A stretch of 64,000 bases of DNA from an uncultured bacterium. GTDB lineage: Bacteria > Edwardsbacteria > AC1 > EtOH8. Each line of letters begins with the position of its first letter. Positions within the stretch are counted from its first letter, which is position 1. The stretch lies in NCBI GenBank assembly GCA_963780225.1, contig CAWAAX010000004.1, positions 164,217-228,216 of the forward strand. Direction: 5' to 3'. This document shows, piece by piece, positions 42,475 to 52,185 of the stretch. The notes under the pieces are model-generated. The model saw only the letters and a list, made by a program, of their open reading frames with translations, had not been told where the DNA came from and searched no databases. Position numbers and translations under genes: made by a program.

Positions 42475-43202
42475 ACCGGAAACGCAAAATCCCTGTATTC
42501 CTGTTTTGTGCGGTCCTGTCCTTATGGGGCTGCCGGGCGCAGCCCCGCGACGATTTCAAGAACAAGACTCCAAAAACCATCAGCCTTAACGCCGACAGCA
42601 CGGCGGTCAAAGCCGACAGCGCCAGGGTGATCCCCATCCCGGCCGGCGTCCAGTTCGGCTTTTCGCTGGAGTTCCTGGGCGACGCCCGGCTTGATTTTTA
42701 CGACGAGACCGATCGCCACACCGGGCCGGCCACCAAGGAGGAGTATCTTCCCGTCCTGGAAATGATCCTGGCCCAGCCGGAACTGCACGAGCAGGAGAAG
42801 GCCAACCTGGAGGCCCAGAAACAGCGGATATTGCAGACCGGCAGCGCCGCAGAGTTCTTCATCAACCGGGGCATACCAAATCTGCAATACAAATCCTCCG
42901 CCGAAAAGAAGTCAGCTTCATTCAAGGGCGGAGATGAAATAACAATGAATATCAGCAAAACGGCGGCCGGAAAACTTTCCCTGATGCTGAAAGTCTGGAA
43001 CCATCTTCAGGTCAAGGAAGCGCAATATGCCATAGAGGCGGGCCAGGACCAGAGCGGCGAGATCAGCATTTCCTCCACCATGGAAGATTTTACCTTGGAT
43101 TGGGACGAGAACAACGACGGCCAGCCGGAGAGGACCATTCAGCCCTTTAAAATAGACAGCATGGCCGCGGCTAAAACCCCGCCTGCCACAACCGGGAAAT
43201 AG
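42471..43202 (+). CDS. Hypothetical lipoprotein
   Basis: aggagg RBS, lipobox LWGC, ATGA overlap with upstream stop. Confidence 0.7.
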   Translation: MNRKRKIPVFLFCAVLSLWGCRAQPRDDFKNKTPKTISLNADSTAVKADSARVIPIPAGVQFGFSLEFLGDARLDFYDETDRHTGPATKEEYLPVLEMILAQPELHEQEKANLEAQKQRILQTGSAAEFFINRGIPNLQYKSSAEKKSASFKGGDEITMNISKTAAGKLSLMLKVWNHLQVKEAQYAIEAGQDQSGEISISSTMEDFTLDWDENNDGQPERTIQPFKIDSMAAAKTPPATTGK

Positions 43203-43226
43203 GAACAGCATTTTAAATAACCTGCC

Positions 43227-43256
43227 TTGACAGGGTAAGCTATATTTTGATATAAT
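43227..43256 (+). promoter_or_regulatory. Consensus sigma70 promoter with extended -10
   Basis: TTGACA-18 bp-TATAAT with TG upstream of -10. Confidence 0.7.
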
Positions 43257-43314
43257 CAAAAATGGAGCATATAAAAGTTTCATACTTTTTATTTGCTTGC
43301 CTAAGGGGTAGAAT

Positions 43315-43359
43315 AAAAGCCTTTGGCCGTAGTTGCAAAATTACGGACAGGGGCTTTTT
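43315..43359 (+). terminator. Terminator-like hairpin in leader of the 43405 operon
   Basis: 20-bp imperfect stem, GCAA loop, T tract. Confidence 0.65.
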
Positions 43360-43404
43360 GCGTTAATAATCTGGTATTCTGAACAAAAATAGAGGTAACA
43401 CAAA

Positions 43405-44649
43405 ATGAAAAGGGCCTATTATTTATTGATAGCTTTGGTCGTAGCCATCGGTTGTTCAAAAAAACAGCCGGTGCAACTCCCTTTGGACAAAACCGTCATT
43501 AAAGGCGTAGTTGCTGATAGTTTAACCGGCCAACCGGTGGCTGGCGCAACTGTAAGCCTGAATGTAAGCGGTTACATAACCGTTACCGATAGCTTTGGCA
43601 ATTATATTTTTGTTGGTATGGGCGGCGGCAGCTTTACTGTCAATGCAGAGAAAGTTGATTGGAGGCCGAATAGCGCGGCAGTTGAAGTTGTTGCCAATGA
43701 CAGCATTGAACTGAATGTAAAACTACACCCCCGGCAATGGGAAGTAGTGCAAATACCCATAGCGTCACCCTGGAATAACGGGTACTTGGAAGATCTGTGT
43801 TTTATAAATGAGAACGAAGGCTGGGCGGTGGGGTGTGACGAGGTACTGGGTTATCCGGGCTATATCCTTCACACTATAGATGGAGGTTATACCTGGACAA
43901 TGCAGTATGGCGGTGGGGGTCAATATTTCCACAATGTAGATTTTGTTGATAATCTTTTTGGTTGGGTCTATGGTGGAGGTGGCGCAGCCACATTGTTAAA
44001 AACGACTGACGGTGGTTCTGTTTGGCAGGATTTAACGGCACCATTTGCCGGTAGCGCATTAGATTTTATTAATAGAGATACTGGATGGTTGTCAGTAATG
44101 GGTAATATTTATAATACAACCGATGGGGGAAACTCATGGGTCAAGCAGGTGGAATTATTTGACAGTACTATAGTCTCAATGGAATTTATAGATGCCAATC
44201 AGGGTTGGGCAAAAAGCAGGACGAAAGTATATGCTACTGCAGATGGTGGTGCAAACTGGTATATACAACAAACAACGGAGCCAACTGGCGCAACACCATA
44301 CGATAAAATAGAAGTGTTAGAGTCAGGCAATATATGGATAGAAGGCTATCATAGCTCTAATGGCGGCGCAAGTTGGGAATATCAACCGAGTGATACCTTT
44401 GGGGCAATAACTGCGGTTTCTTTCTGTAATGAAACCTATGGATGGATGGCGGGAATGCTACCAGCCGCCCCGACGTATTCAACTTTTATGATACATACTG
44501 TTGATGGCGGCAATACTTGGAATAAAATAGAAGCGCCAACTAATGTGGAATACATTTTCGGCATTCAATTCCTTAACCCTTCTTTTGGCCGGGCAATTGC
44601 GCATCTATCATTAAGTGCAAATAGTAATGTCTTGTTAATCTATAAATAG
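43405..44649 (+). CDS. Lipoprotein with carboxypeptidase-regulatory-like domain and YCF48/BNR beta-propeller
   Basis: Lipobox AIGC; IKGVVADSLTGQPVAGATV; repeated F.....GW..T.DGG.TW units. Confidence 0.82.
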   Translation: MKRAYYLLIALVVAIGCSKKQPVQLPLDKTVIKGVVADSLTGQPVAGATVSLNVSGYITVTDSFGNYIFVGMGGGSFTVNAEKVDWRPNSAAVEVVANDSIELNVKLHPRQWEVVQIPIASPWNNGYLEDLCFINENEGWAVGCDEVLGYPGYILHTIDGGYTWTMQYGGGGQYFHNVDFVDNLFGWVYGGGGAATLLKTTDGGSVWQDLTAPFAGSALDFINRDTGWLSVMGNIYNTTDGGNSWVKQVELFDSTIVSMEFIDANQGWAKSRTKVYATADGGANWYIQQTTEPTGATPYDKIEVLESGNIWIEGYHSSNGGASWEYQPSDTFGAITAVSFCNETYGWMAGMLPAAPTYSTFMIHTVDGGNTWNKIEAPTNVEYIFGIQFLNPSFGRAIAHLSLSANSNVLLIYK

Positions 44650-44662
44650 AAAGACAAGTAAA

Positions 44663-47600
44663 ATGAAAAAGATAATAATTATAGTTGCAACAATATGTCT
44701 ATCACTTGTATTGGTTGCTTATTGTTGGGCAGAGACTGATTGGGTAGATGGTGAAGTAATTGTACAATTGAAAACAAATATTTCAAGTCTCCCACAAAAA
44801 GGTTCTAGCACTGGCATTGTTTCTTTGGACTTATTAGGCTTGAACCTTGGCATTATTGATTATGAGAAGCTTATACCAAAAGAAAGCGTTTGTTTACCGA
44901 ATGTTTCCCAAATGCTCCTTTTAAAATTTCCGGAATCTTCAGATGTCCAAGAAATATGTCGCCAATATATACTTGACTCTAATGTGCTTTATGCTGAACC
45001 GAATTACATTGGTGAGTTGCATGGCATACCAGATGATACATATTGGTACTTACAGTGGGGGCTGTTTAATGACCGGCTCAATTTATCTTCGGCATGGGAT
45101 ATAGCTACCGGCAGTCCAGATGTAGTTGTTGCAGTAATTGATAACGGGATAGATACCTTACATCCCGATTTGCGGCAAAATTTGTGGTTGAATGGTGATG
45201 AAATACCCAACAATGGATTTGATGACGATAGTAATGGTTATATTGATGATCTTCGTGGGTGGAATTTTATAGACCAAAACAACAATGTGTTTTATAACAC
45301 TTTTGATGCTGAACATGGCACTGCATGTGCCGGCATTATTGGTGCTGTTACGAATAATTCTATCGGTATTGCAGGTGTAGCTGGTGGTTGGGGAACAGGA
45401 GGCATAGGTAGCAAATTAATGTTGTTACGATGCGTTGTAAACTTGGAACCACGGGTTAGCTGGCTAATAGGTGCAATTTCTTATGCTACAGAAAACGGGG
45501 CTAAAGTAATAAGCATGAGCATGGGGTTTGGCGATTGGCAAGTAGAACTGCTTCAAGCTGCTATTAATGATGCATATAGTAATGGTGTGGTTTTAGTCGC
45601 AAGTAGCGGAAATTCACCATTTGGTGCTTTAGATGTTGCTTATCCCGCAAGATGTGATAATGTAATTGCGGTTGGTGCAACAATACAAGAAGATACGTTA
45701 TGGTGTAGCAGTCAATATGGACCATCCCTTGATGTTGTGGCACCGGGCGGTGATAATTGGTTGTTGGGCTTTCTAAGCGGCAATATTTACACCACCACCC
45801 TCATTGCCGACGGCAGCTATGCCTATTTCACCGGCACTTCGGCGTCCTGCCCGCATGTAGCCGGATTGGCTGCGTTGTTGTTTTCAGTCAACCCCAACCT
45901 TACCAATTGGCAGGTGGATAGCATAATTAAATGGACAGCCGATACGGTAGATTATTTACGATATCCTTACGGACCAGATCATTGGAATGAGTATTACGGT
46001 TTTGGAAGGGTTAACGCCTATCAGGCGGTATTATTGGCCACGAATGTTGCCACCGTACAACATGTTTCCGGCGCAATTACTTCAAATACTACTTGGAGTG
46101 ACAGGATTTATGTTGATGGAGATATTACTGTTGCCAGCGACGTAACTTTAACCATAAGTCCGGGCACTGTGGTCGTCTTTAATCCCAAGGAGGATAAGAT
46201 GGATGGCGGTATAAACCCCAATCTGTGTGAGCTTATTATAAATGGAAATCTCATCGTAAATGGGGCATTAGGAGATAGCGTTAGGTTCATGTCAGCGATC
46301 CCTTTCCCCGAAAGTCTCGACTGGTACGCCATCAGGCCAATGCCGGGTTCAACGGCCCAGCTTAATTATTGCACCATCGAACATGCCGAGATTGGCATTC
46401 AAATAGATGGCAGTTCGCCGTTAATAAGCCACAGCCGGATTCAAGACTGTAATACCGGCATATACTGCAATACTTCGTCCGCTATAATCAAAAATAATTT
46501 AATTGCCGACAATAAACAGGTGGAAACCCTTGCTTTGAGTGCATCCAAAGCTGCTTCTGATTCTCTTTATATAAAAACGGTGGATTCAACGGCCGTTATC
46601 GGCACAGGTATAGAAGCAATAAATTCCAATTTAACGTTGGACAGCAATATTATACGCAATAATTATACCGGTTATTATGGCGGTGGTACTATCGGGGGCA
46701 CTATCACCAACAATACCTTTGAGGATAATGAATATCAAGGTATGGACCTCTATGGTGATTGTTTCAATATGACCATAACCGGCAATAATTTTTACCGCAA
46801 TGCTATCCCCTTAAATGGCACTAACATATGGGAGTGGGCGGGCATAAGTATCGGTTATCGGACTATTTCAGCGGCATCAAATATTATCATAGAAAGCAAT
46901 TTGTTTTCCTATAACCACACTGGCGCCAGGTGCACTCGTTACGGTTCAATAATCCCTACAGCGGGTTTTAACCTGACCATCCGAAATAATAGGTTTACTT
47001 CTAATGAAGTCGGTTTTTCCATCGACACCGATGTCAGCCCCAATTTAACTGCCATTGCCACCAGTAATTATTTTACCGGCAATACAATTTATGGCGTTTA
47101 TGTTTCCGGGGTTAACAATTGCCCTCTGAATTTGGGTGATTTAGGCAATATCTCATCTGAAGATAATGGCAGTAACAGGCTTTATACCAACGGCAGTTAT
47201 GATCTTTATTATGCTGTACCTACGCCGATAATTATGAAAGCCGAAGGTAACTATTGGAACAAGAGACTGGCCGCACAAGTAGACGCTCGTATTTATGACG
47301 ACAATGAGAATAAAGATTACGGGGAAGTAGATTACCGCCCGTTTTATTACTATGCAATTGATGCCGCCGATGCTGTTTGGTCGGGCGTAGTTTCTGTCGC
47401 CGGAGATATTGTTGTTCCCCAGGATGCAACGCTGACGATTGAACCGGGGACAATTATCAGATTTATCAACAATTTCGATGCGGCTGCCGGCGGGTTGGAT
47501 ACCACAAAGGCGGAATTAATTGTCTATGGCCAAATTGAATTTAAAAACAAACCCGGGGATCCCCCGGTTATCTTCCAATCCGACGCCTTCAAACCTCAAG

Positions 47601-48613
47601 CTGGTGATTGGGGCGGTATTGTGTTCCTACACCCCGGTGGAGCCCGCAAAAGCGTGGAATCAAAGGATATAATCACTCGTGTTGTGGAAAACTGCATCGT
47701 GCGTCATGCCGTTTGCGGCATAGCTATAGATGAAAATCAAAAGCTTGACATGACACAATGCAAGTTTGAACATAACAATACAGGTGCCAGCATTGCCGGC
47801 CAATTTAAACTGCAAACATCGGATTTTTCCGGCAATACACTAAACGGCCTTGTTTTAAAAGAAAATGCGTCCGGGTCTCTTACCGCATGTAACTTTGTCA
47901 ACAATGAAACAGGGCTTCATTTAAGCGGGCATTCAACCGCAGATTGTATAGAAGATACCATTACTTCGAATAATGCCGGCATTATTTGCCGGGACTATTC
48001 TTCACCCATATTTAAAAACACTACCATAAGCCAAAATAAAAGTAATGGCATTACAATAACTGACAATGCAGCCCCTGTATTTGGCGATGGGGTGGAAGGC
48101 AATAATATTATTTCTAATAATCTACCCTACAATCTGTACAATGCCACCTGTAATAATATAAAGGCAAAGAATAATTATTGGGGCACGGCAACACCTAATA
48201 TCATTGCTAAATATATCTTTGACGGCAATGATGATAAGTCAGTTTTGGGTATTGTCAGTTATTTGCCGTTATGGGATGGCCCAAATAGTGCACAATCCGG
48301 CACACAACTTGACTCTGGTGCTATTGCCCTGCCTACCGTCTTTAGCTTGCGGCAAAATGCTCCAAACCCAATGGCCGGGATTACTGCCATCAATTTTGCC
48401 GTTGCCAAGCCGGGCAATGTGAGCCTTAGAATTTACAACATATCCGGTCAGTTGGTGCGGACGCTGGTGAACGAAAACCTGCAGCCGGGATATTATAATG
48501 TAAGATGGAATGGAAAGGATGAATCCGGCCGGCAGGTAACGGCTGGCATCTACTTCTATCGCCTGGCTTCGGGCGAGTTCAACAACACCAAGAAGATGGT
48601 GGTGCTGAAGTAA
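44663..48613 (+). CDS. S8 serine protease with beta-helix repeats and FlgD-Ig/T9SS-type C-terminal domain
   Basis: YAEPNY, VAVIDNGID, HGTACAG, GTSASCPH; Asn-rich parallel beta-helix repeats; QNAPNP..IYNISGQLVRTL..KKMVVLK. Confidence 0.9.
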   Translation: MKKIIIIVATICLSLVLVAYCWAETDWVDGEVIVQLKTNISSLPQKGSSTGIVSLDLLGLNLGIIDYEKLIPKESVCLPNVSQMLLLKFPESSDVQEICRQYILDSNVLYAEPNYIGELHGIPDDTYWYLQWGLFNDRLNLSSAWDIATGSPDVVVAVIDNGIDTLHPDLRQNLWLNGDEIPNNGFDDDSNGYIDDLRGWNFIDQNNNVFYNTFDAEHGTACAGIIGAVTNNSIGIAGVAGGWGTGGIGSKLMLLRCVVNLEPRVSWLIGAISYATENGAKVISMSMGFGDWQVELLQAAINDAYSNGVVLVASSGNSPFGALDVAYPARCDNVIAVGATIQEDTLWCSSQYGPSLDVVAPGGDNWLLGFLSGNIYTTTLIADGSYAYFTGTSASCPHVAGLAALLFSVNPNLTNWQVDSIIKWTADTVDYLRYPYGPDHWNEYYGFGRVNAYQAVLLATNVATVQHVSGAITSNTTWSDRIYVDGDITVASDVTLTISPGTVVVFNPKEDKMDGGINPNLCELIINGNLIVNGALGDSVRFMSAIPFPESLDWYAIRPMPGSTAQLNYCTIEHAEIGIQIDGSSPLISHSRIQDCNTGIYCNTSSAIIKNNLIADNKQVETLALSASKAASDSLYIKTVDSTAVIGTGIEAINSNLTLDSNIIRNNYTGYYGGGTIGGTITNNTFEDNEYQGMDLYGDCFNMTITGNNFYRNAIPLNGTNIWEWAGISIGYRTISAASNIIIESNLFSYNHTGARCTRYGSIIPTAGFNLTIRNNRFTSNEVGFSIDTDVSPNLTAIATSNYFTGNTIYGVYVSGVNNCPLNLGDLGNISSEDNGSNRLYTNGSYDLYYAVPTPIIMKAEGNYWNKRLAAQVDARIYDDNENKDYGEVDYRPFYYYAIDAADAVWSGVVSVAGDIVVPQDATLTIEPGTIIRFINNFDAAAGGLDTTKAELIVYGQIEFKNKPGDPPVIFQSDAFKPQAGDWGGIVFLHPGGARKSVESKDIITRVVENCIVRHAVCGIAIDENQKLDMTQCKFEHNNTGASIAGQFKLQTSDFSGNTLNGLVLKENASGSLTACNFVNNETGLHLSGHSTADCIEDTITSNNAGIICRDYSSPIFKNTTISQNKSNGITITDNAAPVFGDGVEGNNIISNNLPYNLYNATCNNIKAKNNYWGTATPNIIAKYIFDGNDDKSVLGIVSYLPLWDGPNSAQSGTQLDSGAIALPTVFSLRQNAPNPMAGITAINFAVAKPGNVSLRIYNISGQLVRTLVNENLQPGYYNVRWNGKDESGRQVTAGIYFYRLASGEFNNTKKMVVLK

Positions 48614-48686
48614 TATTCTATCTGGTTCTTTATATGGAAGGCTGAAGCAAAAGGCTTCGGCCTTCTATAGGTTGGTTACTTTAAAA

Positions 48687-48717
48687 TTGACATAAATATT
48701 ATTATTTATGGTATAAT
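48687..48717 (+). promoter_or_regulatory. dinB promoter with palindromic operator candidate
   Basis: TTGACA (48687)-19 bp-TATAAT (48712); cataaata-ttat-tatttatg inverted repeat at 48691-48710. Confidence 0.6.
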
Positions 48718-48721
48718 TTCA

Positions 48722-49900
48722 ATGGAACGCCTGATTGCCCACGTGGACATGGACTGCTTTTACGCGGCGGTGGAGGTTTTGGACAACCCGGAGCTTGCGG
48801 GCCGGCCGGTGATAGTCGGCTCCGATCCCAAGGGGGGAAAGGGCCGGGGCGTGGTCTCGGCCTCATCCTACGAAGCCAGGAAGTTCGGAGTCCATTCGGC
48901 CATGCCCATCTCCCAGGCCTTCAGGCTTTGCCCCCGGGGCGTGTTTTTGCCGGGGCGGATGCAGAGATACGGAGAGGTCTCCGGCCGGATCATGGAGATA
49001 CTCTTGAGCTTTTCGCCCCAGATGCAGCAGATCTCGGTGGACGAGGCTTTTCTTGATCTGACCGGCTGCCAGAGGATCTTCGGCTCTGCCGAAGAGATGG
49101 GGAAGAAGATAAAGCAGGCCATCAGGCAGAAGTGCGGCCTAAGCGCCTCGGTGGGGATGGGTTCCAACAAACTGATAGCCAAGATAGCTTCGGATTTCCG
49201 GAAACCAGACGGGTTGGTGATAGTTCCTGCCGGCCGGGAGGCGGATTTTTTAAGTCCCCTGCCTTTGCGCAAGCTGTGGGGCATAGGGCCCAAGACGGAG
49301 CAGAGGATCAAATCGTGCTTTAAGGCCGAGACCATCGGGCAGCTGGCGGCAATTCCGGAAAGTTTGCTGTCCAAGGAACTCGGTTTGATGGGGGAATACC
49401 TGCACCTGCGGGCCAGCGGGGTGGACGACGATCCGGTCTGCGACGGGCACGAGGCCAAGTCCATCGGCCGGGAGAACACCTTTGACGAGGACACTGCCGA
49501 CAAGGAGGCGCTGCTTTCCACTTTGCTCTACCTGTGCGACGACGTGGCCGGCAGTTTGAGGGACAGCCAGTTTGAGGGAAGGACCATCACCCTTAAACTG
49601 CGCTACACCGGTTTCGAGACCCACACCTACGGAAAAACATATTCCAAACTACCGGCGGCGGCAGGCGAGATCTTTCAGGCGGCCAAGAAACTATTCCTGG
49701 ACAACTGGCGGCAGAAGGATGCCATCAGGCTGATAGGAATATCGGTCTCCAACTTCGAACAAAAGCCGGAACAGATGGGGTTGTTCAGCGGGGACGGAGC
49801 CAAAGCCGCCAAAACAGAGAGCCTGGAAAAGGCGGTGGACCAGGTCAGGAAAAAACTGGGCAAGAGGGCCATAGTCCGGGGCGGCACGATGGAACGTTGA
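48722..49900 (+). CDS. dinB: DNA polymerase IV
   Basis: IAHVDMDCFYAAVE, ASYEARKFGVHSAMP, SVDEAFLD, KIASDFRKPDG, LWGIG. Confidence 0.96.
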   Translation: MERLIAHVDMDCFYAAVEVLDNPELAGRPVIVGSDPKGGKGRGVVSASSYEARKFGVHSAMPISQAFRLCPRGVFLPGRMQRYGEVSGRIMEILLSFSPQMQQISVDEAFLDLTGCQRIFGSAEEMGKKIKQAIRQKCGLSASVGMGSNKLIAKIASDFRKPDGLVIVPAGREADFLSPLPLRKLWGIGPKTEQRIKSCFKAETIGQLAAIPESLLSKELGLMGEYLHLRASGVDDDPVCDGHEAKSIGRENTFDEDTADKEALLSTLLYLCDDVAGSLRDSQFEGRTITLKLRYTGFETHTYGKTYSKLPAAAGEIFQAAKKLFLDNWRQKDAIRLIGISVSNFEQKPEQMGLFSGDGAKAAKTESLEKAVDQVRKKLGKRAIVRGGTMER

Positions 49901-50021
49901 CAGGGCAGTATATATTGGACATTGGTTGACACTGGCTATGCGACAATAAGTATTAATGATCAGTGTTTATCAGTGTCCCCGTAAAGTATTTCTATGCTAT
50001 TCACAAATTTATCTGATTGCC

Positions 50022-51194
50022 ATGCGAGTACTGCACATAGTCACCGCCTTTCCCCGGCACGAGCAGGATGTGATCACGCCCTGGCTGGTGGAGATGCTCA
50101 AAAAGCTCAAAGCCCGGGGGGCGGAGGTGGAGGTGTTCACTTCTTCCTACCAGGGCCTGGGGGACCAGGTGCTGTGGGGCATCCCGGTGCACCGTTTCCG
50201 CTATTTCTTTTCACGATGGGAGAACCTGACCCACGAGGAAATGGCGGTGGACCGCATGACCCGCTCGCCGTTGTATAAAATGCTTCCGGGCTTCTACCTG
50301 ATAGGCGGGATCCTCGGGATACTCAAGCTGTGCCGTAAGAACAAGTACGACGTGATCCACGTCCATTGGCCGATGCCGCACGCCGTGTTCGGCTGGGCGG
50401 CCAGCAAGGCCTGCCGGGCCAGACTGGTAACCACTTTCTACGGGGCCGAACTGCGTTGGGTGAAGAACTCCCTGCCGTTCATGAAGTGGTTTCTGCGCTG
50501 GGCCATCAGGATATCAGACCGGGTGGTTGCCATCTCCACTTTTACCGCTGACGAGGTCAGGAGCATATCGGATGTCCAGGTGGAGGTCATACCTTATACC
50601 ATAGGGTTTTCCACCAAGGCAGAAGGCAGAAGGCAGAATTCGAAATATGGGGAGCCAGTGATCCTTACGGTCGGAAGGATGGTGGAGCGCAAGGGGGTCA
50701 GGTATCTGATCGAAGCCATGCAGCACCTGCCGCAGGCCAGGCTGGAGGTGGTGGGCGGCGGGCCGCTGCTGCCGGAACTTCAGGAACTGTCTAAGAAGCT
50801 CGGAGTAACGGACCGGGTACACTTTGCCGGAAAAGTGTCGGAGCAGGAACTGATAGACCATTACCGCCGGGCGGCGGTCTATGTCCAGCCGGGCATCATA
50901 GATTCCCGGGGCGACACCGAGATGCTGGGGGTGGTTCTGCTGGAGGCCATGCACTACGGGGTGCCGGTGGTGGGCAGTGATATAGGCGGGATCACCGACA
51001 TCATCATCAACGAAAAGACCGGCCTGCTGGTGCCGCAGAAGGATCCTCTGGCCTTGGCCAGGGCAGTAAAAAGAATATTGGAGGATGAGAAGTTAAGGCA
51101 ACGATTAGTTGAGGGCGCGGATGAGCATTTGAAAAGTAATTTCAGCTGGGATAGTATTGTTTCCAAGTGGATGGAAGTGTACCGGCCAGGGTAG
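50022..51194 (+). CDS. Glycosyltransferase family 4
   Basis: MRVLHIVTAFP, IHVHW, VGRMVERKG, EMLGVVLLEAM..PVV. Confidence 0.92.
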   Translation: MRVLHIVTAFPRHEQDVITPWLVEMLKKLKARGAEVEVFTSSYQGLGDQVLWGIPVHRFRYFFSRWENLTHEEMAVDRMTRSPLYKMLPGFYLIGGILGILKLCRKNKYDVIHVHWPMPHAVFGWAASKACRARLVTTFYGAELRWVKNSLPFMKWFLRWAIRISDRVVAISTFTADEVRSISDVQVEVIPYTIGFSTKAEGRRQNSKYGEPVILTVGRMVERKGVRYLIEAMQHLPQARLEVVGGGPLLPELQELSKKLGVTDRVHFAGKVSEQELIDHYRRAAVYVQPGIIDSRGDTEMLGVVLLEAMHYGVPVVGSDIGGITDIIINEKTGLLVPQKDPLALARAVKRILEDEKLRQRLVEGADEHLKSNFSWDSIVSKWMEVYRPG

Positions 51195-51272
51195 GTTTTA
51201 ATTAGCCACAAAAAGCACACAATGTGCAAAAGGGTTATAGTTATTTTAATACGGCGGGAAAAACAAAATTCC

Positions 51273-51299
51273 AAAGGAAGCGCAAAGCGCTTCCTTTTT
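51273..51299 (+). terminator. Intrinsic terminator
   Basis: aaaggaagcgc-aaa-gcgcttccttt plus T. Confidence 0.78.
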
Positions 51300-51525
51300 G
51301 CGTTTCTCCCGAACCCAACGCAGTTTGTATACAGAATAACCATAAAACCACAGAATACAACAGGAGCATCAATTATATCGTACAACAACATGCAAGATAA
51401 AGAGATAGCAATAAATAAGAGTAAAAGTTATAATATATTGTCACATAATGCAACTAGCATACCTTGATGCCCTATAAAGGCTTAAAAATCGCAATATAAA
51501 TGTTTTATCTTGTATGATTTTTCCC

Positions 51526-51555
51526 TTGACAAACACCCATATATAGTGGCATAAT
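51526..51555 (+). promoter_or_regulatory. nrd operon promoter containing an NrdR box (51534-51549)
   Basis: TTGACA-18 bp-CATAAT; spacer cacCcATATATAGtgg fits NrdR-box consensus acaCwAtATaTwGtgt. Confidence 0.72.
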
Positions 51556-51589
51556 TAAGCCCCTTCTACAAAATAGAGGATATCCCTTA

Positions 51590-52060
51590 ATGAAATGTCC
51601 AGCTTGCGGTTTTCCCAAAGACAAGGTAATAGACTCAAGGCTCTCCAAGGACGGGCAGGCCATCCGGCGCCGCCGTGAATGCCTGCAGTGCCGCCGCCGC
51701 TACACCACCTACGAGTACATCGAGTCCTCGCTGATGATCGTGAAGAAGGACGGACGGCGCGAGCCCTTTGACCGCCAGAAGATCATGTCCGGGCTGCGCA
51801 AGGCCTGCGAGAAGCGTCCCATCGGCATAGACCTGCTGGAGCGCCTGGTGGACAACATCGAGAACGAGATCCAGGCCCAGGGTCACAGCGAGGTCCAGGC
51901 CCCGCTGATCGGCGAGATGGTGATGAACGCCCTGCAGAAGCTGGACGGGGTGGCCTATGTCCGGTTTGCCTCGGTCTATCGCTCGTTCCGGGAGGCCGCG
52001 GATTTCGCCGAAGCGGCCAAGAGCTTTGCCCAGAAGAACGAACCCAAAAACAAAACCTGA
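51590..52060 (+). CDS. nrdR: Transcriptional repressor NrdR
   Basis: MKCPACG..KVIDSR..IRRRRECLQC..RYTTYE, ATP cone, VAYVRFASVYR. Confidence 0.97.
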   Translation: MKCPACGFPKDKVIDSRLSKDGQAIRRRRECLQCRRRYTTYEYIESSLMIVKKDGRREPFDRQKIMSGLRKACEKRPIGIDLLERLVDNIENEIQAQGHSEVQAPLIGEMVMNALQKLDGVAYVRFASVYRSFREAADFAEAAKSFAQKNEPKNKT

Positions 52061-52185
52061 CTTGGATGGTCCGTATTCATAAGGAAACCAGGAATACAGG
52101 AATGGTCTCCTGGTTTCATGCATTCCTAATAAAAAATAGTTTTCTTTCTGCACAGAATTTAACTTGCAACTAACTAAGGAGCATC

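Noticed and set aside
51222..51467. 81-aa ORF upstream of nrdR
   Set aside because: Crosses a terminator, no RBS, AT-rich intergenic composition
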